From Alphaproteobacteria bacterium (lineage in GTDB: Bacteria; Pseudomonadota; Alphaproteobacteria; UBA828): a DNA stretch of 64,000 nt. Of this stretch, positions 37,464-48,795 are shown piece by piece (position 1 is the first letter of the stretch; every line of letters starts with the position of its first letter). The notes under the pieces are model-generated. The model worked only from the letters and a program-made list of their open reading frames with translations, made no database searches and was not told the origin of the DNA. The position numbers were made by a program, and so were the translations under genes. The stretch spans positions 32,001 through 96,000 of the forward strand of contig CBDCRW010000005.1 of the NCBI GenBank assembly GCA_965221125.1, read 5' to 3'.

Positions 37464-38916
37464 GATCGTGTCCCGAGGAGTGGTGTAAGAGCGTCGCGCT
37501 TTACGCGGCATCCGGCGGGTAGGGCCGGGTTATTCAGGCTGCCACAGCGGACAGCTTGATCGTGGGATTGTCGCTCAGGGGAGCGATCGATTCCAGCGTC
37601 ATGTACCTCCTTCCGACGGTCCATTCGTCGTTCTGCTCGAGCAGCACGGCGCCGACGAGGCGGGTGATGGCGTCCTCGTTGGGGAAGATGCCGACGACGT
37701 TGGTGCGTCGCTTGATCTCGCCGTTGACGCGTTCGAGCGGGTTGGTCGAGTGAAGCTTGACCCGGTGCTCCTTGGGGAAGCTCATGTAGGCGAGGACGTC
37801 GTGCTGGGCCTCGTCCATGAGGGCCGCCAGCTTGGAGGCCTTGGGCCTGAGCTGGTCGGCGATCAGGCGCCACTGGGCGGCAGCGGCCTCGGCATCGTCC
37901 TGGGCGAAGGCGGTGGCGACGAAGGCGGAGACGACGCGCCGGCCCTGCTTGCCGGCATGGGCCAGCAGGTTGCGCATGAAGTGGACGCGGCATCTCTGCC
38001 AGGTGGCGCCGAGGATCCGGGTGGTGGCGGCCTTCAGGCCCTTGTGGTCGTCGGAGATCACCAGCTGCACGCCGCGCAGGCCGCGCCTGGTCAGCGAGCG
38101 CAGGAACTCGGTCCAGAAGGTCTCGGCCTCGGAGGCGCCGATCGCCATGCCGAGGATCTCGCGCCGGCCCTGGTCGTTGACCGCGACGGCCACGGTGACC
38201 GCGACCGGGACGATGCGCCCGGCCTCGCGCACCTTCACGTAAGTCGCATCCAGCCAGAGATAGGGCCAGTCGCCTTCGAGCGGGCGGTCGAGGAAGCTGC
38301 GGATCTTGTCGTCTATCTCCCCGCAAAGGCGCGAGACCTGGCTCTTCGATATCCCGCTCATGCCCATGGCCTGAACCAGTTCGTCGACCGAGCGGGTCGA
38401 TACCCCCTGGATGTAGGCCTCCTGGATCACCGCCGTGAGCGCCTTCTCCGCCGTCCGTCGGGGCTCCAGGAAGCCGGGGAAGTAGCTCCCCTTCCTGAGC
38501 TTCGGAATCTTCAGGTCGACCGTGCCGGCCCGGGTCTCCCAAGGCCGATCGCGGTAGCCGTTGCGCTGGTTGATCCGCTCCGGCGTCCGCGCGCCATGCT
38601 CGGCGCCGGTCAGGCCCTCGACTTCCAGCTCCATAAGGCGCTGCGCAGAGAAGGCGATCATCTCACGCAGCAGATCGGCGTCAGAGCTCTTCTCCAACAG
38701 CGTCCGCAGGGTAAGCTTGTCATCGGTCATCGTGGTTCTCCTTAGGCTCGGGTCGATTCGGATTCACCCAAACCCTAAACCGGAACCGCGATGGCCACCC
38801 CGCTGTGGATAACCGGCTTGGCGCCACCAGACTCGAGGGCGGTCGCGGCGCCAAGCCGGTTACCCACAGCTACCGGGGGTAGCGGGAGCTCCTACACCAC
38901 GTCTGGGGACACAACC
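37464..38916 (-). mobile_element. IS256-family insertion sequence
   Basis: About 29-bp imperfect terminal IRs (GTGTCCC..GTGGTGTA.GAGC); 8-bp duplication ATGCGTCG at 37456-37463 and 38917-38924. Confidence 0.95.
37534..38730 (-). CDS. IS256 transposase
   Basis: [49 protein letters not shown]. Confidence 0.97.
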   Translation of the reverse strand: MTDDKLTLRTLLEKSSDADLLREMIAFSAQRLMELEVEGLTGAEHGARTPERINQRNGYRDRPWETRAGTVDLKIPKLRKGSYFPGFLEPRRTAEKALTAVIQEAYIQGVSTRSVDELVQAMGMSGISKSQVSRLCGEIDDKIRSFLDRPLEGDWPYLWLDATYVKVREAGRIVPVAVTVAVAVNDQGRREILGMAIGASEAETFWTEFLRSLTRRGLRGVQLVISDDHKGLKAATTRILGATWQRCRVHFMRNLLAHAGKQGRRVVSAFVATAFAQDDAEAAAAQWRLIADQLRPKASKLAALMDEAQHDVLAYMSFPKEHRVKLHSTNPLERVNGEIKRRTNVVGIFPNEDAITRLVGAVLLEQNDEWTVGRRYMTLESIAPLSDNPTIKLSAVAA

Positions 38917-39537
38917 ATGCGTCGCGAGCGCTGACGCGAAGGCATCGATCGACCCGATCGTTTGTCCTGCAACGAGTTGGGGCCCTGACCGTTTCTATAT
39001 CGAACTTGTGTCCCCCCTCGACGCTTGCGCGCTTCTGTTCTCACACCTGACGCAGCTCGCTGCCAGCCTATGACATCACTACGCTCAGGCACGTGGAGGA
39101 TACGGTCTGCTACGATACTTCGTAGAAGAGCGTAGCTCAGAGGAGCCGGAATAACTGCGTCGCGTTTTGCGTCGCTCCGAGCTACATAAGAATTGTTCCC
39201 AATGACGTAATGGCTTACGCGTCACGTTCGATAGAGCTTCGGGAATGGCGCTTCGATAGACATGGCCCTGTTCCCATACCCGCATCCCGTTCTGCACCCG
39301 CATTCGGGGCAGGGCCAACTTCTGCACATTGCGTTGGGGAGCGCGTAATCGAGTCAAAATCGACGACAATGTTTCCGTCAGAGACCCTCCAATCGTCCAA
39401 CAAACAACCCCGTTTCAGCTTCAAGCTTCCGCCAAACTCCGGTCCCGGCGTCGCGCTCAGCACGATTCGCCGTCGCGAATGCGCGCCGCTTCACGGAAAA
39501 TGGTGTGCGCGTCGGGTCTACAGAGGGGACCGGAACC

Positions 39538-39888
39538 ATGTCCGGGACGATCAGCAAGCATATCCGCATCGACGAAGAGCTCTGGAAGCGCCTCGAAACG
39601 ACCGCCGGAGAAGAGGGCATGACCGCCAACCGCCTTCTCGCCGAGCTCGCGGAGCGGTGGCTGGAGACCAGGGAGTGGCCGCAATCCGAGGTACAGGTCC
39701 GCGTCGCGCGCGCTTCGCTGTTCGCCGCACAGGCCATTGCGCTCGACATGATCGCCGCAGGCCGCAAGACCGAGGTCGACCAAATCCTCGAGCACGTGGC
39801 CACCATCGTTCCCGGCGTGGCTCCCGAACCGTCGGCAGAGGGAGAGGCGGTCTCGCAGACGCATGATCCAAGCCGGCAAGACTCGTGA
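39538..39888 (+). CDS. Ribbon-helix-helix-like DNA-binding protein
   Basis: SKHIRIDEELWKRLE..A..EGMTANRLL pattern. Confidence 0.55.
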   Translation: MSGTISKHIRIDEELWKRLETTAGEEGMTANRLLAELAERWLETREWPQSEVQVRVARASLFAAQAIALDMIAAGRKTEVDQILEHVATIVPGVAPEPSAEGEAVSQTHDPSRQDS

Positions 39889-40165
39889 ACCTCGCGCGCC
39901 GTCAGCCGTCGATGGCGTGCGCGGTGCTGCCTGGGCTGGCCTGCGGAGTCATGAATTCCGTCGTCGACCCACTCGACCTGCCTCAAGGTCAGCGCAGATT
40001 GTAACTCTGCTTTCCACTCCGGTGCGCCGCCTTTCCGCTGCGACTGGAGCGATCCTGGTCCCAAGATCTTCGCCGCCGGAAGCGCTGACCGGTTTCAAGA
40101 CCGCACCATCACTCTCCTCGTGAGCGGTGAGCGGCAGGCTTTGGCAGGGTTATGCTGCGGCCTAT

Positions 40166-40344
40166 CTATCGGCCGAGCAGTCGATCCCGGGCAGCTCTGA
40201 TGTCTTCAAGGACTGGGCCGAGATTGTCGTGGCAGCGCCAAGCCGAAACGCGGAGAACTTCCCAGCCGCGCTGCCGGAGAATGTGATCGCGTCTGATGTC
40301 CTGGCGTCGGAGCTTACCTCGAACGTCGATGTGGTGATCGCCGT
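40166..40344 (-). pseudogene. Detached 3' end (DUF559/Vsr-like nuclease) of the SF1 helicase gene
   Basis: Continues ..VEIDG| in frame as DHHIDVRGKLRRQDIRRDHILRQRGWEVLRVSAW..*. Confidence 0.85.
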
Positions 40345-40713
40345 TGTTGTTTTCCGGTCTAGCCGGATAGAAGCACGGGTTTTTTTCTCACTTTGATTGG
40401 TTGGTGGATTTCCCGGGATGGTGGCCGAGTGCGGGAAGGACGCTGCCTGCGGCATTTTTTTGATCCTCAGCAGAATCCTCATTGCTGTTGAAGCTGTGGA
40501 GCGGTGGGCGCGAGATCGGCGAGTGTGGTCAGGCGGTGGGCAAGCGCCAGCTTGTCCACGGGCTGTCCACACGGTCCGCAGGACGCCGATCGGTCCGCAG
40601 GACGCGTCCACGGCTCCACAGCTTGGCGGCGGCGGGGAGCGTCCGTAATCTTGGCCTCTCACTGAACGACAAAGAGAGGCCCGGGGGACGGAACTCCCGC
40701 CGGGCCAGGGCCG

Positions 40714-41349
40714 GTGCAGCTTCGCTACGAAACGGGGCTCACCAGCGAGGAATACGTTAAGACCGAGGCGTGGCGCGACGCAAGGCTTGAGCGCTGCCCG
40801 AATCACCCGCACGGCGGATGTTCTGTGGCAAGCCACGGCACCTACGAGCGGAAGACCCCGCCCGGCGCAAGGGTTCCTCGCTGGTATTGCCGTGAGAGCC
40901 ATACGACCATCGGCCTGCTGGCCGACTGTCTGGCGGCGCGGCTGCCGGGCACGCTCGATGCGCTGGAAGCGGTTGTTGTCGTGGCGGAGGAGGCCGGCAG
41001 CCTGGAGGAGGCAGCGGACGAGGTGCGCTGCCCCGAGGACGAGGACGCCATCGAGCTTCCCGGCGCCGTGCGTTGGATCCGCCGCAGGCTGAAGCTTGTG
41101 CACGACGCGCTTGTGCGCGTCATCGGCCTGATCCCCGACCTGCTCGCGGGCTGCGCGCCCACCATGAGCGCGGTGCGCGAGCGTCTGAAGAGCGACAGCG
41201 CGTTGATGGAACTGCGCGGCCTGGTCGCCGGGCAGCTCCGGACGCTACCCGCGCCTCTGGGCTTCCAACCCCACGGCATCGACGTGGGGAATCGCAAACC
41301 GCAGTTCCAACAACGGGCGGGGCCGGACCCGCCGCCGGAGAGTTCGTAG
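40714..41349 (+). CDS. Zn-ribbon/HTH transposon accessory protein (DUF6431-like)
   Basis: CPNH..C..HGTYERK..VPRWYC..HTT; first gene inside the transposon. Confidence 0.65.
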   Translation: MQLRYETGLTSEEYVKTEAWRDARLERCPNHPHGGCSVASHGTYERKTPPGARVPRWYCRESHTTIGLLADCLAARLPGTLDALEAVVVVAEEAGSLEEAADEVRCPEDEDAIELPGAVRWIRRRLKLVHDALVRVIGLIPDLLAGCAPTMSAVRERLKSDSALMELRGLVAGQLRTLPAPLGFQPHGIDVGNRKPQFQQRAGPDPPPESS

Positions 41350-41394
41350 CGTGACGATCCCGGGGCCAGGGAGTCCCTGAACGAGGATCGCACC

Positions 41395-42723
41395 ATGAAC
41401 AGCTCAGACGACGACCTTCGCCAACAGATCGCGCTCTTCCGATACGACGTCATCGCCGATCTGGTGCATCTGCCCGTGGGTGCACCGGGTGCCGGCGCGA
41501 TGATGCGCGCCAAAGCCGAGAAGACCTACACGATCCCCGGAACCACCAGGACCCGGGTCGCCGCCGAGACCATGCGGCGCTGGATCAAGGACTACCGCTA
41601 CGGCGGCTTCGACGCGCTCTACCCCAAGCCCCGCACCGACCGGGGGAAGCCCCGGCGGCTGCCGCCCGAGGTCGCCGAGCGCCTCATCGCGCTGAAGACC
41701 GAGAACGACGCATTGTCGGTTCGCGCCATCATCCAGAAGGTCAAGGAGGAGGGTATCGACCACCCGCTCGCCTCGTCCACCGTGCACCGCCTCTTCAGCC
41801 GCGAGGGCCTGTTCGACAAGAAGCCGCCCGACGGGGCGGATCGCCGCCGCTTCGCCTTCCGGCATGCCGGCGAGATGTGGATGAGCGACGTCATGCACGG
41901 ACCCAAGGTCCGGCACGGCCGAACCCGGCGCAAGACCTACCTGATCGCCTTCATCGACGACGCCACCCGCGTCATCCCGTTCGCCGCCTTCGCCATGGCG
42001 GAGAACACTGCGGCGTTCCTGCCGGTGTTCAAGGACGCGCTGATCCGGCGCGGCCTCCCGGCCCGCTTGTACGTCGACAACGGAAGCGCCTACCGCTCCC
42101 GTCATCTCTCCCTGGTCTGCGCCAGGCTCGGCGTTGCGTTGATTCACGCAAGGGCGTTCCAGCCAGCGGGAAAGGGTAAGATCGAGCGCTTCTTCCGCAC
42201 CCTCCGGGCCGGCTGGCTCCGCCACCTCGGCGATGACGTCGACAGCCTGGAGGCGCTCAACCGCAGCCTCTGGGCCTGGATCGAGGGGGAGTATCACAAC
42301 AGCCCGCATCGTGGCCTCGACGAGGGGCGCACCCCGCTTGAGCAGTGGGCGCTGGCCTCGGCCGGCGTGCGCTATCCCGACGCCACCATGGACCTCGACG
42401 ATCTGTTCCTCTTCGAGGCCAGGCGCCGTGTCTACAAGGACCGCACCGTTAGTCTGAACGGCCGCGTCTACGAGGTCGACGCCCTCCTGGTGGGTCAGAA
42501 CGTCATCCTGCGCTACGACCCGGCCGCGCCGCCCTCGCGCCCTCTCGACGTGGTCCATGACGGCAAGCCGGCCGGCAAGGCCAGCCCTCTCGACGCCTAC
42601 GCCAATACCGCCGTCAGGCGCACCTACCCGGCCAGGGAGATCGAGGCCGAAGATCCGGCGCCCGAGCCTCCGCCCTCGCCGCTGGCCATGCGCAACCTCA
42701 AGGACAAGAAGGAGGACGAGTGA
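41395..42723 (+). CDS. DDE transposase (rve + Mu C-terminal domain)
   Basis: WMSDVMHG, FIDDATR, LYVDNGSAY, GKGKIERFFRT. Confidence 0.92.
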   Translation: MNSSDDDLRQQIALFRYDVIADLVHLPVGAPGAGAMMRAKAEKTYTIPGTTRTRVAAETMRRWIKDYRYGGFDALYPKPRTDRGKPRRLPPEVAERLIALKTENDALSVRAIIQKVKEEGIDHPLASSTVHRLFSREGLFDKKPPDGADRRRFAFRHAGEMWMSDVMHGPKVRHGRTRRKTYLIAFIDDATRVIPFAAFAMAENTAAFLPVFKDALIRRGLPARLYVDNGSAYRSRHLSLVCARLGVALIHARAFQPAGKGKIERFFRTLRAGWLRHLGDDVDSLEALNRSLWAWIEGEYHNSPHRGLDEGRTPLEQWALASAGVRYPDATMDLDDLFLFEARRRVYKDRTVSLNGRVYEVDALLVGQNVILRYDPAAPPSRPLDVVHDGKPAGKASPLDAYANTAVRRTYPAREIEAEDPAPEPPPSPLAMRNLKDKKEDE

Positions 42724-43523
42724 TGTACCTGCGCCACTTCGCCTTCACCCGCCTGCCCTTCGAGACCCCGGCAGAGACCGACGAGCTGTTCGAGTCCAAC
42801 GCGCGCCGCGAGGCCGAGGCCAGGCTCGGCCACCTCATCGACCTGCGCGGCATCGGCCTGCTCACCGGCGAGGTGGGCTCCGGCAAGACCACCGTGTGCC
42901 GGCATCTGACCGCGCAGCTTCATCCAGGCCTCTACCGGGTCCACTACGTCTCGCTGACCACGGGCAACGTGCTCGACATGTACAAGGCGATCGCGTGGGA
43001 GATCGGCCTGCCCATCGAGCGCTCCCGCGCCTCGGCCTATCAGGCCATCCGAAACGAGATCTCCCGCCTCGTCACCGAGGCCAAGCAGCTGCCGGTCCTC
43101 GTCATCGACGAGGCCCATCATCTGCGCAACGACGTCCTTGAGGACCTGCGCCTGCTCACCAACTTCGCCATGGATGCAGAGCAGCGCCTGTGCCTCGTCC
43201 TCGTCGGTCTGACCGAGCTCAGGCGCCGCCTGGCCATGGCCATGCACGAATCCCTCAGCCAGCGCCTCGTCGTCCGCCACCACCTGAGCGGTCTCGACCG
43301 CGACGAGGTCGACGCTTACATCAAGCACCGCCTCAGGCTCGCGGGATGCGAACTGCCGCTGTTCGAAGAGCCCGCCGTCGAGGCCCTGTTCCAGGGCGCG
43401 CGCGGCCTGCCGCGCCAGATCAACCGCATCGCCCACTACGCGCTCTCCGCCGCCGCTCTCGACGAGGCGAGGACCGTCAGTGCCGACCACCTGCAGCACG
43501 CGCTCGAGGAACTGCGGCCATGA
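42720..43523 (+). CDS. ExeA/TniB-like AAA+ ATPase
   Basis: GEVGSGKTT, VIDEAHHL, GLPRQIN. Confidence 0.9.
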   Translation: MMYLRHFAFTRLPFETPAETDELFESNARREAEARLGHLIDLRGIGLLTGEVGSGKTTVCRHLTAQLHPGLYRVHYVSLTTGNVLDMYKAIAWEIGLPIERSRASAYQAIRNEISRLVTEAKQLPVLVIDEAHHLRNDVLEDLRLLTNFAMDAEQRLCLVLVGLTELRRRLAMAMHESLSQRLVVRHHLSGLDRDEVDAYIKHRLRLAGCELPLFEEPAVEALFQGARGLPRQINRIAHYALSAAALDEARTVSADHLQHALEELRP

Positions 43524-44560
43524 CCGGCTTCCCGACCCGCGCCCCGATCGAGCTGGAGGAGCGGCCGCGCGAGCAGCAATGGCTGGTGGACACGCTATGG
43601 GGCGAGCAGGCCGTCGGCATCGTCGGCGGCGAGCCGAAGTGCGGCAAGTCCATCCTGGCGCTGGACCTCGCGGTCGCAGTCGCCGCCGGCGTCCCATGCC
43701 TGCGGCACTTCGCCCCGGCCCGGCCTGGCCCGGTCCTGCTGTTCGCCGCAGAAGACGCCGGCCACCTCGTGCGCAAGCGCCTGCAGGGGATCGCCCGCGC
43801 CGCAGGCGCCCGCTTCGAGACCCTCGACATCGCCGTCATCGACGTGCCCACACTGCGCCTCGACCATCTCGACGACCGCCGCCGCCTGCAGCAGACCGTG
43901 GAGCGCATCGCACCGCGCCTCGTGGTCCTCGACCCCCTGGTCCGCCTGCACGGCGTGGACGAGAACACGGTTGCGGACGTCGCCCCGATCCTCGGCTTCC
44001 TGCGCGACCTGCAACGCCGCTTCGAGACCGCCGTCCTCCTCGTCCACCACGCCCGCAAGAGCGGGGCCACGAGGCCGGGGCAGGCCCTGCGGGGCAGCAG
44101 TGAGCTGCACGCCTGGGGGGACTCGAACCTCTACCTGCGCCGCCGGGACCGGCAGACCCTCATGACCGTCGAGCATCGCGCCGCACGCGGTCTCGACGAC
44201 ATCGAGATCGAGCTCAAGGAAGACGGAGAGGAGCCCTCCTTCCGGCTGCGCCAGCCGCCCACGGCCGGCGGCGGGGCGCCTCAGCCCGAAACACCCGAAT
44301 GCCGCGTTCTCAAGGCGCTCGCCGACGCCGGGGCGCCGCTCTCGCAACGCCAGATCCGGGAACGCGCCGCGACCCGGCACAAGACCGTCGGCGTAATCTT
44401 GCAAAAGCTCGTCCAGGAGGGTCGCGTCGCGCGCAACGCCGAGGGCGGCTACAGCGTCGTCGCAGGCGCAGCGGACAAGCGGGCGGCGGCCGCCGCCGCC
44501 AACGGCAGCAGTCGGCCGCAGGCCCCGCGGTTCCCGGAGCCCGGTTCCGCCAACGCCTAG
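43520..44560 (+). CDS. AAA_25/RepA-like helicase ATPase with a C-terminal winged helix
   Basis: WLVDTLW, GGEPKCGKS, AAED, VVLDPLVRLH, LVHHARK, LRGSSELHAWGD; ATGA overlap with the ATPase. Confidence 0.85.
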   Translation: MTGFPTRAPIELEERPREQQWLVDTLWGEQAVGIVGGEPKCGKSILALDLAVAVAAGVPCLRHFAPARPGPVLLFAAEDAGHLVRKRLQGIARAAGARFETLDIAVIDVPTLRLDHLDDRRRLQQTVERIAPRLVVLDPLVRLHGVDENTVADVAPILGFLRDLQRRFETAVLLVHHARKSGATRPGQALRGSSELHAWGDSNLYLRRRDRQTLMTVEHRAARGLDDIEIELKEDGEEPSFRLRQPPTAGGGAPQPETPECRVLKALADAGAPLSQRQIRERAATRHKTVGVILQKLVQEGRVARNAEGGYSVVAGAADKRAAAAAANGSSRPQAPRFPEPGSANA

Positions 44561-44965
44561 GGGTTCGAGCCGGAACCGCCGTCGGGAACCACCCTTCCCC
44601 AACGGTCCGGAAGGCGCTGCGCCTCCACCGGGATACTACGTCAGGTGAGCGGCCAGTCCGTGGCCGGAAGCTTGCTTCAGGCCATGGCAGCACTTCGTCG
44701 TGTGGACGGTGGCGAGTCACCCGAAGGGCCGAAGCGAAGCGCAGGAGCGGCGCAGCCGCTTGACGCGCCGACGGCCGCGCGACACCTCGTCAGCTCTCCT
44801 CAAGCACCAGTCCAAACCTCAATCAGACAGCGACCCCGGACCGCCCGCAGAGACCATGAGCTCCTACGCTTCGATCCGGAAAAGACCGAGCAATCTGGGA
44901 AATCAGGGCAGCGATCACGTCAAATAATCTGGGAGATTCGGCGTCAAATAACGTGCGAAACAACA

Positions 44966-47900
44966 GCCGTCGATCTCGACGTTGAGCTTGATCCCTTCGT
45001 CGAGCAGCGCGAAGTCCAGTTCATAGCCGGCGACATTGAGTTTGGCGTAGGGCTTGAGGCCGGAGTCCCTCATGCCCTCGAAAACAAGTTTCTCTGCCCG
45101 ACTGTCCACCCGGAAGTTAGAGATGGCGGAAGGCGTTTGCTGCTTCGCCGCTACTTCGTTGCGCAGATAGGCTCGGAGCGAACCCAGCGTGGGTATGCCG
45201 AGCTGATCGATTTCCGGGTGTCCAATTACGATGAGGGATCGCCGGGCGCGGCTGACGGCTACATTGATTAGATTCTTCGTGTCCTCGATCCAGAGGCGGT
45301 TGCGATGGCTCATATCGGGGGAAACCACGCAGGATATGACGATGGCGTCCCGCTCGTTGCCTTGATAGCTGTGCGCGGTCGCGGAGAGGAAGCCAGCTTC
45401 GCACAAGGCGTCGCGTGAAATCCTTGCACGCGCCAAGCGCTTGATGCGGTCTGCTTGTCCGCGGAACGGAGTGACAACGCCAACGGTGAGATCGGATCGG
45501 ACGAGATGGGTGAGATGGCGGACGACTTCTTCCGCCTCAGCCGGGTTGCACCAGCTCTCGCCGTTGTCGCCTCGCTCGCACTCACCGGCTACGTCTTTCC
45601 AGAGAATTGAGTGATCCGCGTCTTCGACATCGGTCAGGACGGTCAATTCGTCGTTGTAGAAGGTGCGATTGAACCATCGGGCGATCTGCGGATGGCAGCG
45701 GTAATGCTCGTCCAGGAGAACTGGGGGATTGGAATCGCCGACGCAGTAAGCGAAGGCGAGATAGGCCGACCCATCCTTGTGGTGCAGGTTTCGGTCGCGC
45801 AAGCCGTCATTGTCGAATCCTGTCTCCTCAGCAATTTTCTTGAGCACGTTGTCCCCAACTCGCACGATCGGCTGCAGTTGAGAGGGGTCCCCGATCACCG
45901 CCAAGCGTTTGGCACGGTACGCCAGGGGAAGTACCGCGGCGAGCGTGCATTGACTCGCTTCGTCGAGGATCACGAGGTCGAAGAGGCCGCTTTCCCTCGG
46001 GAAATTCGACCCCGTGGAAAGCGCGGTACAGGCCCAGCCCTGTATGGTGCCGAGTGTGGAGGCGATCATCCCTCGCAGCGCTTTAGCGCTTGCCGCTGTG
46101 CGCGAAAAGCGCGCGAGCTCACTGGATTGGGAATCAAACTTCATTGCGACGTGCTGGCGAACGGCGTTGTAGCTGATCTCAGCCCACTTTTGGTTGAGCG
46201 CAGGCACCGCCGTTGTCACGTCACCAACGGAGTTCTCGATTCGAGCGCACGTCTGCTTGAGCTCTTCGATTTCCCGGGTGAGTGACGACCGCTCCTGTTC
46301 GAGCCGGGCCCAGGTATGGATAGCGCTGATGGGTGCTGAATGAAGGCAGCGGATATTCTTGCGAAGCCGGCGACTGCGGAACCGCCCTAGGAATCGTGCA
46401 TTAAGCAATCGATCGGCCCGATCCTCGATGCGTAGAGGATCGCGTCGCGCGACGGGAGGCGCCTCGAGGTGCCAGACTCGCCGTGCCACGTTGTTCAACT
46501 GGTCTTGGACGGTTTCGAGCTTGTGCGCGAGCGCCAAGAGCTCCCCTTCAGCGGCGTTCAGTCGCTCGAGGTCTGCAAACAACCCGGCCCGTTGGCCCGC
46601 GATTTTGCTCAAGGCGTCGGAGGAGCTGGGGGGCCTGGCCACGATGGGGGTTGCTGCGCAACGCGCGTCGCTGATGCGGCCAAGCACATCCTCCCGAGCT
46701 TTGCGATTTCCGGTTCGGATAAGGAGCCCGCTGAAAACGCGCTCGACCGCGCGGTCCACCGCGACATCGACGGCAGCGTTGTTGGTGGACGTGACGAGAA
46801 CCTTCTCCCCGTCGAGCCAAGCATTGCACACGGCGTTTACGACGAGCTCGGTCTTTCCCGTCCCAGGCGGCCCGGTAATGATCGTCAGAGGATGCGCGCG
46901 AATACGCTGGAGCGCATGTTCCTGGGATTGATTGCACAGAAGTGGGGCCGCGAGGGGTGTTGATGGCGAGGCAGCGCCGACAACCGCTTTCGGTGCGGCG
47001 CGGATCAGGTGAGCAGCCGCGCTCGACATCCAGTCATCGCAGTTTTTAATCTTTTCCAGCTCCTTGATGAGGCTGGTGTAGTAACTGGTCGCCGAAGCGT
47101 AAGCCGATATTGCCGCGTTATAGACGCCTTCATGGCTTTGGATGTGATCGCTGAGAGCCGCCGGCTCGAGCGGAGCGTGTATGGCGAGGCCGATCAGTTC
47201 CGCTACCTTGGTCGCGCAGTTCGCACAAGCGTCCTGGTCTCCGAAAGGCCAACCGGTGCCAAGAAGATCGCCGACCTGCTGAGTAATGGAGTCTTCGAAT
47301 GCGCCGCTCCCGACGATGGCCTGGTTGAATTCGGGCTCGGTGGCAGCTTGGAGCCGCCATTCTCCGTCGGCGTTCCGATCGGCTTCAATCTGTACATAGA
47401 AGAGTGGAGCCACGCGTAGACGCCTGTCGTCTTTGAATACCAGCGTGGGCCATCCGTACAGCAGCGACGCTTTCTGGGGCGATTCGGACGATGAGGCCAG
47501 ACTGGTGGCGAGCTGTGCGGGGGCGCGGACGGTATTGGTATGTCCGACTATCAGTTGTTCGGAACCGGTATGGCAGAACCAGGAGCGAGCCTTGGCTTCG
47601 AAGGTTACGAGCGACTGGGCGGCTTCCGCCTGTACGCATCTTCGAGCGTAGCTGCAGAGTCGGCGCCAATCGTCTTGCGGCGACTGGTCGACTCCGGTGG
47701 GCTCTGCAGAACTGTCATCTGTCTCAGTCGATTCCGGTTGGGCTAAACAGGGTCGGCGGGTTGAGTGGTCGACCGGGCTTTCCCGAGGGCGCGATTGGAC
47801 GGGTCCAGGGACGGACTCAGAAATTGATCGCCGTCGAGTCACCAATTTTCTTGTCAAGTGTATGACGATGGCAATGACCACAACAAAAATCAGGAATGGC

Positions 47901-48019
47901 AGGGGGTCGGCGAGCACGGCCAACGAGGCTCCCTGATCGAAGTCTGGCACGAGAGGGTCTCGCAATTCGGGAACGACGGGCTTCGGTTTTGGAAGCGGCA
48001 CTGTCGTGTCATCTGCCAT
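44966..48019 (-). pseudogene. SF1 (DNA2/UPF1-like) helicase with N-terminal TM and C-terminal nuclease, split by the transposon
   Basis: GPPGTGKT, ILDEASQC, IGDPSQLQP, LDEHYRCHPQI, AHSYQGNERD, NVAVSRAR. Confidence 0.88.
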
Positions 48020-48795
48020 GCGAATCTTCTGTATATGGTGCTGATCCAGCTTCGCGATCTTGAACGGTGCAGGACCAAGTGAGCGGGGGCAAGACCTACC
48101 CAGCATCGCACCGAAGGGGGTGAGCCAAGACCGTGACGCAGCGGCGCGCGCCTGAGAGCGGCAGGGGAGAGAGGCATGACATCGACGCCGCGTGGGTCGA
48201 GATCAAGTCGGTCTCGGGCGCCTTGGAGCCGAGGAGTTCATCGCGTCGGGTCGCATAGCGATGGATTCCGTCGTCGCCGTCACCGGCAAGACGGAAGGCA
48301 ACGGCGGGACCATCACTTCACCCGGATCCTGTCGCACAGCGCCTTCCGCGCCGCCCTCTTCGAGCACAGAACGCGCAGCAAAGCCGACGTCGCCTGGATC
48401 CTCATGGTCTGGACCGGGCGGCTGCGACGGCGTGCTCACTTCGCACGCAACCGTCTTCGCCAGCAACAACAGAGACCGGGCCGGCGGACGCAGTGCGTCT
48501 CGCCAAGGGACCGCGATGAGTTCACCCATCCTGCCCGAGACATCGGTCGGCCCGCGATGGTGGAGAACATCGCGGACGGCATCCGCGCGGCGATGGCCGA
48601 CGCGGGGACCGGCGATCCGGCGGACGTCCACTACGTCCAGACCAAGATGCCGTAATGGGGCTCGGCGCCAATCGGCACCATCGGAGCCTGTCCCGATGAC
48701 GACGAATCGGGTGTCGTTGCCCTTGCACGCTCAGCGTGCTCACGGGGTCTTGCCGGAAGGCGCGCCCCAATCCTTCGAGAGGAAAGGGCAACGAC

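Larger units (their letters stand above)
40345..44965 (+). mobile_element. 4.6-kb DDE transposon (Mu/IS21/Tn7-like chemistry) with four genes
   Basis: TGTTGTTT...AAACAACA ends; 5-bp duplication GCCGT at 40340-40344 and 44966-44970; repeated CGTCAAATAA and AATCTGGGA motifs at the right end. Confidence 0.92.

Noticed and set aside
38925-39500. Gene interrupted by IS256, or an oriT
   Set aside because: No recognisable reading frame rejoins across the IS and no nic motif could be supported
44915-48106. Intact 1063-aa helicase as given in the ORF track
   Set aside because: Its last residues come from the transposon end; the true C-terminus is at 40166-40339
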